A stretch of DNA of 64,000 nucleotides. Origin: the human T2T-CHM13v2.0 reference genome, Homo sapiens. A program made the position numbers and the translations under genes. Where the stretch lies: NCBI RefSeq assembly GCF_009914755.1, contig NC_060929.1; one strand, written 5' to 3'. Positions within the stretch are counted from its first letter, which is position 1. The number at the start of each line of letters is the position of its first letter. The notes under the pieces are model-generated. The model had not been told where the DNA came from. It made no database searches and saw only the letters and a list, made by a program, of their open reading frames with translations. This document shows, piece after piece, positions 43,226-60,165 of the stretch.

Positions 43226-43404
43226 CTATAGCATTGTATAACATGCAAACATCCATATACATATATGTGCATATACTGTTTGTGTGCATATGTAAAGAAG
43301 CATTTTCTTTAAACTGTAGTACCAGAAACCACACAAATATGCATGAGAAGTAGAGAGTAAATACATTTTCACATATACATTAAATAGAATGCTGTAAATC
43401 AATG

Positions 43405-43632
43405 GTAGAAGGAATAAGTTCTAGCATTCAGTAGCGCAATAGGATTTATTATATATTTCAAAATAGGTAGAAGAGATTTGTAATGTTTCCAACACAAAGA
43501 AAGAAAGACATATTTGAGTTGATGGATATCCCAATTGCCCTGATTTGATCATTACACATTGTGTACAGGTATCAAAATCACATGTACCTCCAAAATATGC
43601 ATAATTATTAAATATCAATTAAATAAATAAAT
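43405..43632 (+). mobile_element. L1MA(5-7-like) terminal 3'UTR fragment
   Basis: tagaaggaataagttctag...gatggatatcccaattgccctgatttgatcattacacattg...tatcaatt followed by (AAAT)n. Confidence 0.85.
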
Positions 43633-43689
43633 AACTATGCTCTAAGCATCAATAGGAATAAATCACAAAACACGTTTTTTGAAAGAATC

Positions 43690-44020
43690 TAGTAATAATA
43701 AAACCTATACTCTTTCATTTCACCTAAAGTTCAAAATTAAAGAAAGCCAGATCAAATTATTTTAAGAGCCATACATGTGGTGAACTTTTAAAGACACTCA
43801 AGGGAGTGAATAATAACACTTACAGTTTGTTCTTACCTCTGGAGTGGGAATAAAGGCAAGTGTCCAGGGAAAGGCACAGGAAAATATCTATGTTGCTGAT
43901 ATTTTATTTCTTATGCTGGGTTTTTAATGCATCTTTAAACTGTATATATGCATTTCATATACATCATTTACTGTAAAAGATATTGCATAATATAAAACAG
44001 AATAAACTAATTTTTAAAAG
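43690..44020 (+). mobile_element. L1ME-type 3'UTR fragment
   Basis: aaagttcaaaa...ttacctctggagtggg...gctgatattttatttctt...tttaaactgtatatatgcattt. Confidence 0.55.
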
Positions 44021-45920
44021 TTATTAAAATTTACTTTATAATCCAGTATTGGTCTATTAATTGCAATGTTTCATAATTTTAAAAATTAGTTTTATTAAGG
44101 TATGACTCACATAACATGTTAGCCATGTAAATGTATAATTCAATAATTTTTAATTTATTAACAGAATTATGCAATCATGATAATCTAATTTTAAAATATT
44201 TTCATCACCCCAAAAAGAAACTCTATACTCATTAGTAGTCATCTCTTCCCAGTTTCAGCAGCCTTCTCTCTCCAGCTTCAGATTTCCACTAATCTGCTTT
44301 CTGTCTCTATAGAGTTGACTTATCTTGATATTTCATGTAAAGAGAATCAAGAAATTTGTGATAATTAGAACTTATTTCTTTTACTTACTTTGATGTTTTC
44401 AAGGTTAATCCATTTAGTGGAATGTATCAGTAATTTATGATTGTTTATTATAAAATATATGTTTTATGTATAGATACACCTTATTTAATTTACCCTTTTA
44501 TCAGTTGATGGACATTTGGATTCAATTCACTTTTTTTGTCTATTTTGAATAATGCTCCTTTGAACAAACTTTGTGTGGACATAGTGTTTTCATTTCCATT
44601 AAATATATATCTAGGAGTGAAATATTCATTCCATAGGTTAACTCTTTTAACATTTTCTCATTTTTAAGGAAATGACAAACTACTCCAAAGTGGCTATGCC
44701 ATTTTATATTTCCATTGGCAATTTATGAGGATTTGGACATCTCCACACACTTACCAATACTCATTATTGTTAGTCTTTTTCATTGAAGTCATCCTTGTGT
44801 ATCGAAGTACTGTCTCATCATGTTTTTATTTGCATTTCCCTAATCAAAAATGTTACTACACATTTTTAAAATGTACTTATTGGCCAGGCATCTTTTATAA
44901 AGAAATGCCTAGTAAAGCTTTGCCTAAGTTTTAACACATTTATCTTTTAATTATTTAATTGTAGTGTTGCTTTCTATATTGTGAATATAAGACCATTACC
45001 CAATGTACCATTTATAAATATTTTCTCCCATCTCGTAGATTGTCTTATCACTTTTTTATAGTATCATTTGTAGTACTTTTTTTCTAATTTTGGTAAGGTC
45101 AGTTTCCATCATTTGTGATTTTTGTGTCATATCTAATAAAACATTACCTAACCTAAGGTGTCAAATATTCACTGATAAATATTCCTCTAAGTATTTTATC
45201 ATTATACCTCTTATATTTACGTGTATGATCCACTGGTGTTATTTTTTGTGTAAGATGTAATAAAGAGGTATAATTTCATTCTACATGACATGGATGGCCA
45301 CCTGTCCTAGTACCATTTGTAAAAATAAATAAATAAATAAATCAGACAAATAAATTCTTCTATTGAATTGTCTTGGCATCTTATGGCCAAAATTCAATTG
45401 GCCATAGATGTGGTGGTATACTTCTGGACTCTAAATTCTGCTCAATTAATTTATATGTTTATGCTACCTAATCTCCATTACCATAGCTTTGTAATAAAAG
45501 TTGAAGCCTGGATGTTTGAATCCTTCAACTTTCTTCTTTTTCAAGACTGTTTTGGCTTTTCTAGGTCTTTTGCATTGTCATATACATTATAGGTTCAACT
45601 TGCTGTTTTATTTTTTGCAAAAATGGCAGCTAGATTTTGATAGAGATTGTGCTGAATACATAAATAAATTTTGGAAGTATTGCCATCTTTATGTTAAGTT
45701 TTCCAACTATTGACATGATATGTCTTTCCATTTATCTATGTATTATTCTTTAATTACATTCAATAATGTTTTGTAGTTTCAACGTACAATGTTGGCGCTT
45801 TTTTGTTAAATGTATTCCTAAGTATTAAAAAATTATTTTTGATGCTATTTTAAATGGAATTGTTTTCATAATAATTTTTGCACATTGTTCACTATGTGTT
45901 TATCAATATATTCATTTTCT

Positions 45921-46323
<403 letters not shown>

Positions 46324-46692
46324 CTATATTGATATTTCTATATTAATCTTGTATCCTGCAAACTTGTGGAAATAATATATTAGTTCTAATTATTTTTAAT
46401 TGATTCCTCAAGATGTTCTATATACAAGATGATAAAATTTGTAAATAAGATAGTTTTTCCAACTTGAATGCATTTTAAGTCTTTTTTTTTTTTTTTTTTC
46501 CTAATTGGCCTGGTTAGAACTTTCAGTGCAATACTGAGCAGAAATGTGAAGTACAGAGCAGATATTCTATCCTGAGCCTGACCTTCGGGAGAAAACATTT
46601 TGTCTTTCTCCATTAAGTATGATCTTATCTGTGGGTTTTTCATACATGGCCATTGAGGTTTAAGAGATCCCCTTCTATTCCTACTTCATTAA

Positions 46693-46754
46693 GTGTGTGT
46701 GTGTGTGTGTGTGTGTGTGAGTGTGTGTGTGTGCGCGCACGCGCGCACGCGTGC
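46693..46754. repeat. (TG)n grading into a (CG/CA) alternating tract
   Basis: gtgtgt...gtgcgcgcacgcgcgcacgcgtgc. Confidence 0.97.
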
Positions 46755-47749
46755 TTATGTCAAATGCTTTTTTGATTTTTTCCATGGTAACCTTGCATTA
46801 CTAACAGAAATTCACTTGGTCATGTGCCTAATCTTATATATGTTGCTGGATTTTACTTTGCTAATATTTTGTTGAGGATATTTGCATATATATTCATAAA
46901 GATGATTTGTCTGTAGTTTTATTTTGATTTAGACATGAGGGTAATGCTGTCTTCCTAGAACTGAAATAAGAGGTAGAAAGTGTACCCCCTGTTCTATTTT
47001 ACTTTGCAAGTGCCTATGAAGAAATAATATTAGTTATTCTTTAAATGTTTGATAGAATTCACATTTAAGCCATCAGGAGCTGACATACTTTTCGGTGGAA
47101 AGTATTTTAAGTTAATAATTCAATATATTGCTTTTTTATAGGTCTATCCAGATATTCTAATAGTTTGCATCAGTATTGGTATTATGTTTCCTTTTTAGGA
47201 ATTTGTCTACTTAATCTAAGTTATCTAATTTTTTGGAATATAGTTGTTACTGAAAGTGACATCCTTTTTAATTCTATTTTTAGTAATTTAAATTGTTTTT
47301 TTTTGTTAGTATAGCTAAATATTTGTCTATTTTATTATATTTTGAAGGAATAAACTCTTGGTTTTACTGATACTCTTCTACTGGTTTTATGTTATTTCAT
47401 TTATTTCTACTTTGTTCTTTATTGTTTTCCTTTCTTATGACTTTTAGAGATCAGTTTGCTCTTCTTTTTCCAGCCATCTGCTTAGATTATTAATTTGAGA
47501 TGGTTCTGAATTATTATTACTTTTTTCTAGTTTAAACTTTTATTTTAGATTCAAGAGATACATTTGTGGGTTTGTTATGTTGGTACATTGCATAATGCTG
47601 AGCTTCGGCGTACAATTGATCCCATCACTTAGGTAGTGAGCACAGTACCTGACAGGTAGTTTGTCAGCCCTTACACCCTCCCTCTAACTCCCTTTTCTGA
47701 GTCACTAGTGTCTACTGCTGCCATCTTAGTGTCTATGTGTACGCAATGT

Positions 47750-49290
<1,541 letters not shown>

Positions 49291-50589
49291 AAGAGAGAAC
49301 ATGTGGTATTTGGTTTTCTGTTCCTATGTTAATTCTCAGAGGATAATCGCCCACAGCTGTATTTATATCACTGCAAAGGATATGATTTTACTTTTCTTCT
49401 ATGGGTGTGTAGTATTCCACGGTGTACATGTACCTTTTTTCTTTACCCAATCTACCAGTGATGGGCACTTAGGTTGATTCCATGTCCTTGCTATTGTGAA
49501 TAGTGCTGTGATGAACATACAAGTGCATGTGTCCTTTTTGTAGAATAATTTATTTTTGGGGGGTATATATACCCAGTAATGGGATTGCTGACTTGAGTGG
49601 TAGTTCTTTTTTAAGTTCTTTGAGACATTTCTAAATTACTTTCCAGTGTCTGAAATACTTTATATCCCCATCTACAGTGTATAAGCATTCTCTTTTCTCC
49701 ACATCCTTGCCAGCATCTGTTGACTATTTAATAATAACCATTCTTACTGGTACAAGATTTCTTATTGTGGTTTTGATTTGCATTTCTCTGATGGTTAGTC
49801 ATGTGAGCATTTTTTCTTATATTTCTTGGGCACTTGGATGTCTTCTTTTAAGCAGTGTCTGTACATGATCTTTGCTCATTTTTTAATGGTTTTCTTTTTT
49901 TTGCTTGTTGATTTGTCTGTTAGATCTAGTTAGTTTATAGTATTGTTCAAGAGTCCTATTTCTTTTTAATTTTCTGCCTAGTTGTTTCATTCATTCATTC
50001 TACCTGTGAGATAGTAAATGGACCAGTATTGTTTTTTAATTGTGTGTTACTCTCTTCAATTCTGCAATTTTTGCTTCTTATCTTGAGGCTCACTGTTAGG
50101 CAAATATGTTTTTAACTGAGGCACTGATACTTTTATTATTATAAAATATCCGTCTTATTCTAGTAACATTCTTTTTACTTAAAGCTTATTTTGTCTAATA
50201 TTGGTATAGCTACTCAAGCTTTTACTTAGTTACAATTTGTATGATGTATTTTATCTTTCTTGTAAGCAATATAGGTTGTATTTGAATATAAAGTGTGTCT
50301 CTTATAGGTAGCTAATTGTTGGATTGTGCTTCTTTTTTCTCTTTTGTCAATCTCTGACTTACTATTGAAGTGTTTAATCCATTTACTGAAAAAGTAGGAC
50401 TAGCATTGCCATTTTCTTTTGTTTTCTATGTTTTATGTATCTCTTCCTCTATTTGTACATTACTAATTTTTTCTGTTGTTAGATATAAATGCTGTAACTA
50501 AAATAAAGCAAAATAAAGAGAATAGAGATTGATGAGTAGTGTTGCCATTTTACAAATATCTTCATGGATACCATTTTTTGATGGTGTTT

Positions 50590-51360
50590 GAGCAGAGAAC
50601 ATGAGAAAAAAATCAAAGAAACCATGTAGATAAGTGGGGGAAATAATGCTAAGTATAACTTTAAGCAGTAAATAAAGCCCCTATTGGCAGCATTCTTGGC
50701 TTGCTTTATAAACATCAAGAAAACAGGCATAAATTATACCTTTGATTAAAAAGATAAATAGGAGAAATAAGAGACTATAAGGGGATGATATTAGAATGAT
50801 GGTTAAAGGACTGAATTTATAAGAACTGGCTGATAATAATAAGGGCTTTGGATTTCACTAGAGTGAGATGACATTATTTCAGAGGGTTTTCAGGAGCTAA
50901 GACATGGAATCTCACATTTTAAAGAGTTCTCTTAGATTGCTATGTAGAAGGTATATCATAGGAAGAAAAGGGACAATGAAATGAGAGAAATTAGAAATGT
51001 ACTAAAGTATTTAAGGTGATCTTTGTTACAGGAAGTGTTCAATGTACACGTTGTAAAATGGAAGACTTATTTCAAAGAAAAGTCATTCTCAAGTCAGTGA
51101 ATGTCCTGTGATAATTGGCTGTGGTCTTTGAGAGAAAAGAAGATTCAAGGATGACTTTTAGATATTTGGCCTGAGCTACTGGCAGAGTGGAGGTACTACT
51201 TATTGAAATAGGGAAAATGATGGAAGAAATATATTTGGAAAAGGAGATATTAAAATTATGTTTTACCCCACGTGTTAAGTTTAAAAAGCTTAATAAATGC
51301 TTAATGCTTAATAGATAATGGAGTAAAGATGTCAAGAAGACAAACATGTAAATGTGGAGA
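50590..51360 (-). mobile_element. L2 fragments
   Basis: aagggctttggatttcact...attcaaggatgacttttagatatttggcctgagctactggcagagtggaggtactacttattgaaatagggaa is typical antisense L2a. Confidence 0.75.
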
Positions 51361-51399
51361 GAGCGGCAATAAAATGCCAACAGAAAGAAACTTCTATTC

Positions 51400-52030
51400 A
51401 TGTTAAGAGAAGTGCACATGGGAGATCCCCATTTTTAAGGGATTTCTGGACAACCTTGTGTCAATGCTCTTACCAAAATACTACCAAAAGCACACTGTAG
51501 TCTACAAAGTTGAGTATATTACTCTTTGCACATAGACAGGTTGCTTACTGTAGAAAACTATGAAGTATCTAAGTAAGAGAGTATTAGAAAGAACTTATGA
51601 CCCAACTTGGGTTCTGGTTTCCTTTCTTAAGGAAACAGGGATTCATTCTCCATTGGTTGTTGTGAGAAAATGGAGCAATTCTATGAGTGGGTATCTCAAG
51701 AAATCTTACCTGTGGAAAGGACAGACTAGATTGAGGACAAAACTTAACTGATAAATGAGTAGACGTTACTGATTTTAGCAGAACACAGTGATCTCACTTT
51801 TGTCTTACTTCATCATGTTCTTAGAATGACCTTGTCTGATGTTGGTTTTCTGGGAGATATAATGTATATCAATCAGGAGTATAACAAGACTTATCTATCA
51901 GTGTCAGTTTAACTTGTGATAATACCGAGGCGTTAGGTCAGAGTGTCAGACAATATTGTAATACGACTGAGGCCTATCTACCAGTGTTAGGTTAGTCTCC
52001 GGATCTCAGGGCTGCTTTATTTCTTAATCA
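51400..52030 (-). mobile_element. ERV1-group LTR, MER31/MER67-like
   Basis: The reverse complement begins tgattaagaaataaagcagccctgagatccggagactaacctaacact...taggcct; internal gagcaattctatgagtgggtatctcaagaaatctta. Confidence 0.55.
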
Positions 52031-53639
52031 CCAGGAATAATGTGCCCCTTGAGAATAAAATAGCAATAAGCTTTAAATGTCTGTTGCAGCCAAAATACTA
52101 GAATCAAATAAGGCCTTTTCTGCTCCCACCTTCCCTTCTCCTTCCTCAGTTTCTCCAAGTCATCTTTCCAAAAGATGTCAGAGCAATTGAGGTAGAACAA
52201 AAAGAAAGATAATGGACATAGGCCCTTCTTTCCACTGAGATTCTCATACTTGCATCAGGTTTGATTTGAAAAGGGCAGTTTCATGATAATAGAATTTATC
52301 AAATTGTATAGAAATTGTCAATATTAATTACAAAGGAGTTTGAAAGATATAAAGTTATATGATTTCTGTTTTCAAAAAATGAGTTCAAAATGAAGACCTA
52401 AAATATGAAATCAAGAATCTTATTGGGCCTTGTAATATTTGGGCCAGTATTCATGCAAGTAGCTTTGCTCCACTTGGAAAATAGAGTTCTGCTTGATTCT
52501 ATTTGCACACGATCTCAACTACTTATGAAAAATAGGAAAAATCTCCTTCAAAGACTAATTCACAGAGAAACTATCAAAACATTTATATCCCAAAACCACA
52601 AATGTCTTTTTCAGTCTTCTCTTTAAAAACATATTTGATTCTTAATTTCGATTTTAAAAAACATAAAATACTTTTGCTTGTCAATCTAAAGGCATTTTAT
52701 TTGAATATTAGGCCTCCTTATTTTTATTATTAGGTTAGAACAAAGTAACAGTTCTCAATAGACACAGTTTTCTCTGGTGAGTTAGCAGTTGCTTTTCCTT
52801 TCCTCTATGAGGTTTATGTATTCCACCTATGCCATTTGTAAATGGAACTCTAAAGCAGATATTAAGAATAATAGGACCCTTATCATTAGGAAGTTGAATT
52901 TAAATGAAAGAGACAAACAATTAAAATATGTGGTAAAGATGTTAACAGAGGTAAGTGTAAAAGGAGTTTGGAGGAGATAATGACAGTTACTACATAAAAG
53001 CAAAGAACTGAAAGTTAAAACAAAATCAGGAATTTACGAAAACTGTTCTTCAGTGAAGGCGTTTTCAAAAACTTTTCTGCAAGCATAACCAGGGAAACAT
53101 AATATTAGAAATACATTCAGCAAAAATTAAAAATTCCTACAATAACCTGCTTGCACTTTAATCAGATCAAACACAGAAATGAAGTGGCAAAATATGCCAG
53201 CACACCTGGTCATTACCCCCTGTGGCTTAGACACTTTCCAAAAGGTTGGCATTGATGTGTCAAAGTAAGTAGCAGGTGGTCTCAAAATCTCAGTTCCCTC
53301 TGGTGATGGATGTCAGTTGTTTCCTAATTTCTCCAAAGAAGGTGCCCTAAGCAAATTAGCAAGCAAAACCTACAAACCTGTTTTGACCACATTTATGCAA
53401 AAGAAAGGCAAGAGAGCATTTTCACTTATCATAGAAAGACCTATCAACCCATTAAAAACTGCTTCAGCTCCTCACTGGCAGGTCAAGGCACAATATCTGA
53501 GAACTCTAAAACTTTTATTTTGTGTTAGAACAAACTGGGCCTTGGATTTTCTTCCATTCAAAACCTGATTAAACTTCTAATGTTGTTCATTTGTGTATAT
53601 CTGAGGCAGATTTATTTTGTTTATTTTATTTTTATTTAA

Positions 53640-53842
53640 CTGTTATTTAGACCTTGCATGTGTCAATAACTGTTCCAGGTGCCTTACAAATATTAACTTA
53701 CTTAATCCACCTAACAACCTCATGGCTACTATTTCCATTTTACAGATCAGAAAACTGGAATAAAGAGGTTAACTAGGTAGCCAAGGTCACACAGTTACTA
53801 AGTGATAGAGCTAGGATTTGAAAGCAGGCTTGCTGACTCTAG
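53640..53842 (-). mobile_element. MIR
   Basis: ttaatccacctaacaacct...ccattttacagatcagaaaactg...ccaaggtcacacagttactaagtgatagagctaggatttgaa core. Confidence 0.88.
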
Positions 53843-56800
53843 TGGAACTTCAGCATATGGTTGTAGTGTTATTTTACCCAGAAGGATTTTCTCAATTTCA
53901 TTGATCTCTTAGCAGTTGGGCAACTTGTCATTACATATGTTTATCACAAGATCAGCTAAATGTAGACTTCTGATGGTTATACAAACTGACTGTTTTCCTT
54001 TGACTCGAACCTAATAATCGTACATCTGGATTTAATGTTAGGTAAGGGCATCCTGATGAACTGGTTCAGAACCTTTCAACCATGCCAGGTTTTAACTTGA
54101 AAATTTAAACTAGAATAAATGACAGTCAAGTTGGTATGGAACTTGATATTCTAGTAATGACATGTTCAGTTTCCAAATATGAAGTATAGGATAGCTTTAA
54201 TAACAAAATGTTCTTGTCTTTGTTAATTTTACATACATTAAATAATCATGTTTCCGAAACTTTCCTATAAATATTATTAAAGTTTCCCAATAGAATTTCA
54301 AAATAATTCCTCCTCATATTTGGAATTCTTATATTCTAGTATTATGACACAGTAGTGGTTATTTCCATTGCTGCTACTACATGTACTTTTAGCTATTGAC
54401 ACTTCTGCCGTTTAATTTTGTTTTACTGTATTTCTTTATTTCAAGTGGTCTTCATCAAGCCAATTCTGATAATGCTACTCTATATTATCTGAAGTGTTGA
54501 TGGCAGCTTAATATTAGAGGATGCTTATAAAATCCCTATAGCCAATGTCACTGTCAACTACTTGAAATTGATGTATTTCTTCATCTCTTTTATATAAATT
54601 CAGTGACCTTCAGTAATGGAAAGTGTGTCTATTTTCCCCATAGTTAAAGGACAGGAACTAAAGAACAAATATTATCAGTCAAAAAACCCTGATCTGCAAT
54701 TTCCTAAACTTGAAAAAACCATGAAATATTTTATTTTACTTTTAAAGAAAATTATCTATCACCTAAGGTACTTTAATTATTTGTTATCCTAAAAATAGGT
54801 AAAATCAATGTATGTATTTCTTAGTTTTGTTTAATACCTCCTGACATTCACTATCAAGGAACTATATATATAAATCAAATACTTTCTTTTTTAAAATTAC
54901 CTCTTTGGAGGCTACAATCAATGCTGATTATTATCTCAAAATGAAGTAAAAATATATTTTATGCATTAAGCCAGTAAAAAATATAACTACAAATAATGTA
55001 CCTTAGTATATTATATTATATATATATTAGTATATTATATTAGTTAGTTTTAGCATCAAAAAACTACTTTTCATGAGAAATTTTTTAAGAATACAACTGA
55101 TCTTAAAAGATAAAATGTATAAACTTTATGGTTATCAACATATAACAACTTAAATTATTGCTCTTCCTTTTGTTAATGTTTCATTATACACTATGATTAT
55201 AAAGAAGCATTCAAGAAAATTTTTTAGCCAGCAGTTTCCTATGCACTCACTAATATAAAGACCAGAAAGTTGTTTGGTAGTTATTTTATTGTATATTGGG
55301 AATTTGAGTAGTTATTATCTGTATGAGAGATGAAACTCAGGTAAATAGTAAAAGGTAATACTCTTCCCATTGAAATAAATTTCTATCATAGAAATTTCTA
55401 TTTCTGTAATAGAAATTCAACTCACATAATCTTGTCTTTCCACAATAGCCAAAATTCTCAGGGAAATACTAAATTTTAGAAAACAGATGAGAGAACATTA
55501 GTACTATGCCCTATATATATTTAATGGTCAGTATATATTTATGGGATTGGACTGATTTCAAAACAGGAGTCAATTAAGATGTAATAATATCAACTACTCT
55601 TTAGAAGTTCCTTTCTTAAAACTACCAAAACTATGGCAAGGCAAATTAAGCATCATAGAGTTATGGGGATGAAAAAACAAGGGTAAGTAAATTAATATTT
55701 CTTGGTTTAATTATATAACCACAGTCTGGTAACTTTAGTGGGGATTATTCCACAATAATTAATACCATTAACATATATTTTTTAGTTACTTTGGAACCCA
55801 AGCTAGTGTTACTGTGTGGGTATTTGTATACTTAGAACCGGACCATATGAAGATAAGTCACAAATTAATTTTACAGATACTTATGAGTATTTCTTCTCCA
55901 CCATAGAAAGGCAACAATGTAATTTTCTGAGTAAAGAATAGAATTCATAAAATTAAGTTCTCTAAGAATTCTTCCATTATTATGAACATAACTATAAAAG
56001 CTCAGTATTTATGCTGAACTGAAACTTAAATTTCAATTTTCAGATTCCAAATATCATTAAATAATACTGAATTTGAAAGTTAATTCTCACTTTCCCTTTC
56101 TTGTCTCTCTCACAGACACACACACAAATATATAAATACATATAAATTATTCCTAACCATATTCATAAATCCTCACACATTCACAAGATATAATTTTCAG
56201 ATATTTGAAGCACAGAATTGCAGTCAATTGGTATTTTGTAATATGTAGGCAATATTTAAAATATTAATCATTAGTTGACAAATTATAAAACAATATTTGG
56301 AGTGTTTTCAGCACTTGTTATTTACCCTACACTGAGTTTGCTCATTTAAAGATAATACAGACTATCTGATTTTAGTTTAATGTCCCATAATAAGATAAGT
56401 GTACTATAAACAGAGCCTTTGTTTTTAATTTACAATTACTAATTATGAATTTTAAAGATTAGAAGAAATGAATTAGATTAATGGCTGACTCTAAATTTAG
56501 AATATAAACGTAATATTTTATTAATTTTTAGGTTTTGACTTTATTGAATCGATCTTTCTGAATGAGCTTTAAATATTTAATAAGTAGGTAACACTTTTAA
56601 ACTCTAGTAGTAAAAATAAAGTCATCATGGAGGTGACTATTAACTGATGAAATAAACACAAATGACTAAAAATATTTGTTCCTTGTAAATTGTGACATAT
56701 CTTTATTACATAATTGTTCTAAGTACTTACACCAGTCTGTTATTCCATGTGATCAATAAATATTGCCAAACATTGTACATATGACTAAGATTTATTTATG

Positions 56801-57019
56801 GTTATTTACCAAATATATAAAGGTTTTCAGAAGTTATGGGAGCAACAATGAAATGTTAGATTTAAATTAATATGATAATAATATTTCAGTAAAAAACAGT
56901 AAATGAGAAGTTTTAATACTGTAAAAAGGAACAAGATAATTAGAATCATTCAAGAAGAATTGTTCCCTGCACTTTTAAAAGCTTTTATAACTTAGGTTGG
57001 CCAACAATACGTTAGTAGA

Positions 57020-57900
57020 AGTGGAGAGTGTTCTTTTCAAGCCTAATGTCTAGAGCCAGTGTGAAAATCTCCCATTCTGTCTTTCCCTTACTTTGATAGT
57101 TGTGGAAGCATGGTGTCAAGGAAGATTTTCCTTCAGTCTTGGTCTTTATTGACTATGATGAGCATCGTACCTTGCTTTGCCGTAATAGTTAAGCAGCATA
57201 AGTGAGAAATAAAATGATGTTGTCTTATGCTACTGAGACATTGGGGTTGTTTATTGCTTCAGCATAGTCTAGTTTTTCCTGACTAATATTGCTCAATGAG
57301 GTGCATTCCCATAACCTACACTTAAAATATGTGGCTTTGGCTTAGGAATGGGTACAAACTATAGAGAAACAGATATTTGGAGCTTTGAAAGAATGTTAGC
57401 TACATTACAGAATGACAGATTTTGGTGAAATATTATCAGTGATTATTCTGAAGGCAGGTCATACGCCTAAAGATCATGTAGCCCTAGATACAAAGGTTGA
57501 AAGACCTGTCTGTGTTTGATAAAGAATTATAAAAATAAAAATAAAAGGAAAAATCAGTTGATCTCAGCAAAAGCTGAAGATTAAATATGGCCCACAAATT
57601 CAAGAACATGCAGTATAGGATGAAGCAGCTGTTTGTCACCATAAACTCGTAAAAAATAAAGTGAGAAGCCTTTAATAGACAAGTGCCTGATAAAAATGTT
57701 AAATCCAAGAGTATGATGTTTATGGCTATTTTTTAAATACCTGAATGGATTAAGATACCCAGTGGTAGAGTTCATCTAAGAGTGTAAAATCCACTAAGAC
57801 CTTTAAGTTAAACAAAACATTCCACGGAAAAGACTGAATATGTGGCTACTCTATTAAGATCTGTGAGGGAACATACAATTATGTTGAGGCAGAAATGTAT
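57020..57900 (+). mobile_element. MLT1(J/H-like) LTR 3' part (to ~57288) followed by MaLR internal remnant
   Basis: gtgagaaataaa...ctactgagacattggggttgtttattgcttcagcatag...tcctgactaata, then taaaatatgtggctttggctt. Confidence 0.65.
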
Positions 57901-58156
57901 GATGAGATAGAGGGTCAGAGAAACAAAGGAATATAGTAAATCTAGTATAAATATCCAAAAAATAACTTCATTTATCTATTAATACATGGTATGAATTAAA
58001 TTCAAATTGATAAGATTATTGACTTACAGAGTGCTGATTTTATACACTTCCTTTGTGTTGATAATAAATGAATTCATAATGGACACATTATCACAGATAT
58101 TTGGGTAACTGGGAGAAATACAGATAGTTCTACACATGATCACAGACAAAATAAAG

Positions 58157-58210
58157 AGATTTATATAGAAATAAGATTTATATAGAAATAAATGAGATTT
58201 ATATAGAAAT
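58157..58210. repeat. Short tandem triplication of agatttatatagaaat
   Basis: Three exact 16-mers with 1- and 5-nt spacers. Confidence 0.9.
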
Positions 58211-59854
58211 GTAAAGAATATTCAAGTGCAGAAATTAAATAAGAAATATTCTTAAAGAAGACTTTTAATGTGTTCCAAATAACTTAATGTTTAATCACTT
58301 AACATTGTTCTGATAAATGGAGGTACTACTCATAATATTCTTTGACCAGGAAACTTCTAACTATCTTCAGGATGAACTTTTCTTTACCATAAGCATGTTG
58401 CCTATTGTAACATAAATATTTTTTTCTACAGTGTAACTCCCTTGGTAGGAGAACAAGATGAATATGAGCAATGTAGAGTCAAATAATTCTGATGAGAAAA
58501 GCAGCTACAGATAAAACGTCAACCTGATTTTCTACTCCTTAATGTATCTACCAATCCAGCACAAAATCTAATTCAGGATTTGATTATAATATTTATACTC
58601 TACACTCTGATATTGAGAACTTGAAATATCATCTTTCAATCTCTACCTAAATTTAACTGTAATCCAATAGCTGTCCATTCCTTCAAAGTAATAGAGAAAT
58701 TTTTGCAAAGGTCTCCAGGGTTGAGATTCTATGTCAGGAGTCCTGATTGTATTGACTATATAAAACAGTAATGCAAAGTCCATTGCATTGTGAAATGAAT
58801 CTTTTAAAAATACACTAATAATTCTGATTTTATATACTATATGTATATGTGTATATGTATTGTTTTATATGACATATGTATGTATGTGCATGCATATGCA
58901 TGTATATGTGCATATACATATAATCATATGCATATACATTCTGTTCTGAAGCAACTGGAGTATTTTTCCTGCATTGCAGTCTATTAGTTTAGCATTGTCT
59001 ACATGATTACTTCACTTGAGTGTTAGATGATAATACAATTATATTAATAGGTCAAAAATGCCATAAATTCTGCCAAGGTCTCTAAATAAAAAAGGAATCA
59101 CCTCAAAAAGAAATAAGAGAGATTTCTTTTGCTCATTTCCTTGCATTTCAAGCAATTAAGAGCAATGGAAAACTACTAAGGTCTTCAAAACCTTTCAAGA
59201 ACACAAAGTGATTTTCAAGACAATGTAATTTTTAAATATTTTAAAGTGAAGCAAAAAACTTGTAAGGAGAGAAAAAGATGAAGGGAATGTTATCAAAGCC
59301 AGTAGTAAGAAACAATCTGTTAGGGGTACAGACTCTTTTAAATTACACTTAAAATATTTGGGCACAAAATTAGATAAGGCTTTCCTGTTACTTACTCTTC
59401 TGTCTTTTTAACTCTCATCTCTTGCTATCTAGGACAATTAAGCTGGCTGAAAGAACTTCTGCTTCACATTTGAGACACTTTAAATTGGGAGGACCATGAC
59501 AGATCTACAGAAGTTACAAGTATAGGAATGGAAATAGCGAACACTAGAGTTTGAAATTTCATATCATCTAATGTTTATTAAATGAGTGCACCCAAAATAA
59601 ATCCATTAGTGATTATAAGCTCTAAAACTGCAATTTAGATCTAGTTGTATTTTTGCCTGTAACTTAGCATTTTATATTTAGAAACAAATGAGGATTAAAA
59701 TATCTATTTATTTGGAATCATAACAAATGTGACATGTATGTCATCTTTCTTTCAAAAGCAAGGCAGATATCACTTATTGATCATGTCACTTAGAGGTTGA
59801 CTGCAGCCTTAGAATTTACTTCCACTCAATACTTTTTAAAAATGGCCACAAGCA

Positions 59855-60165
<311 letters not shown>

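Noticed and set aside
43220-43638. aaataactat on both sides of the L1MA fragment as a possible TSD enclosing 170 bp of extra 5' sequence
   Set aside because: Only 10 bp and very AT-rich; chance is likely.
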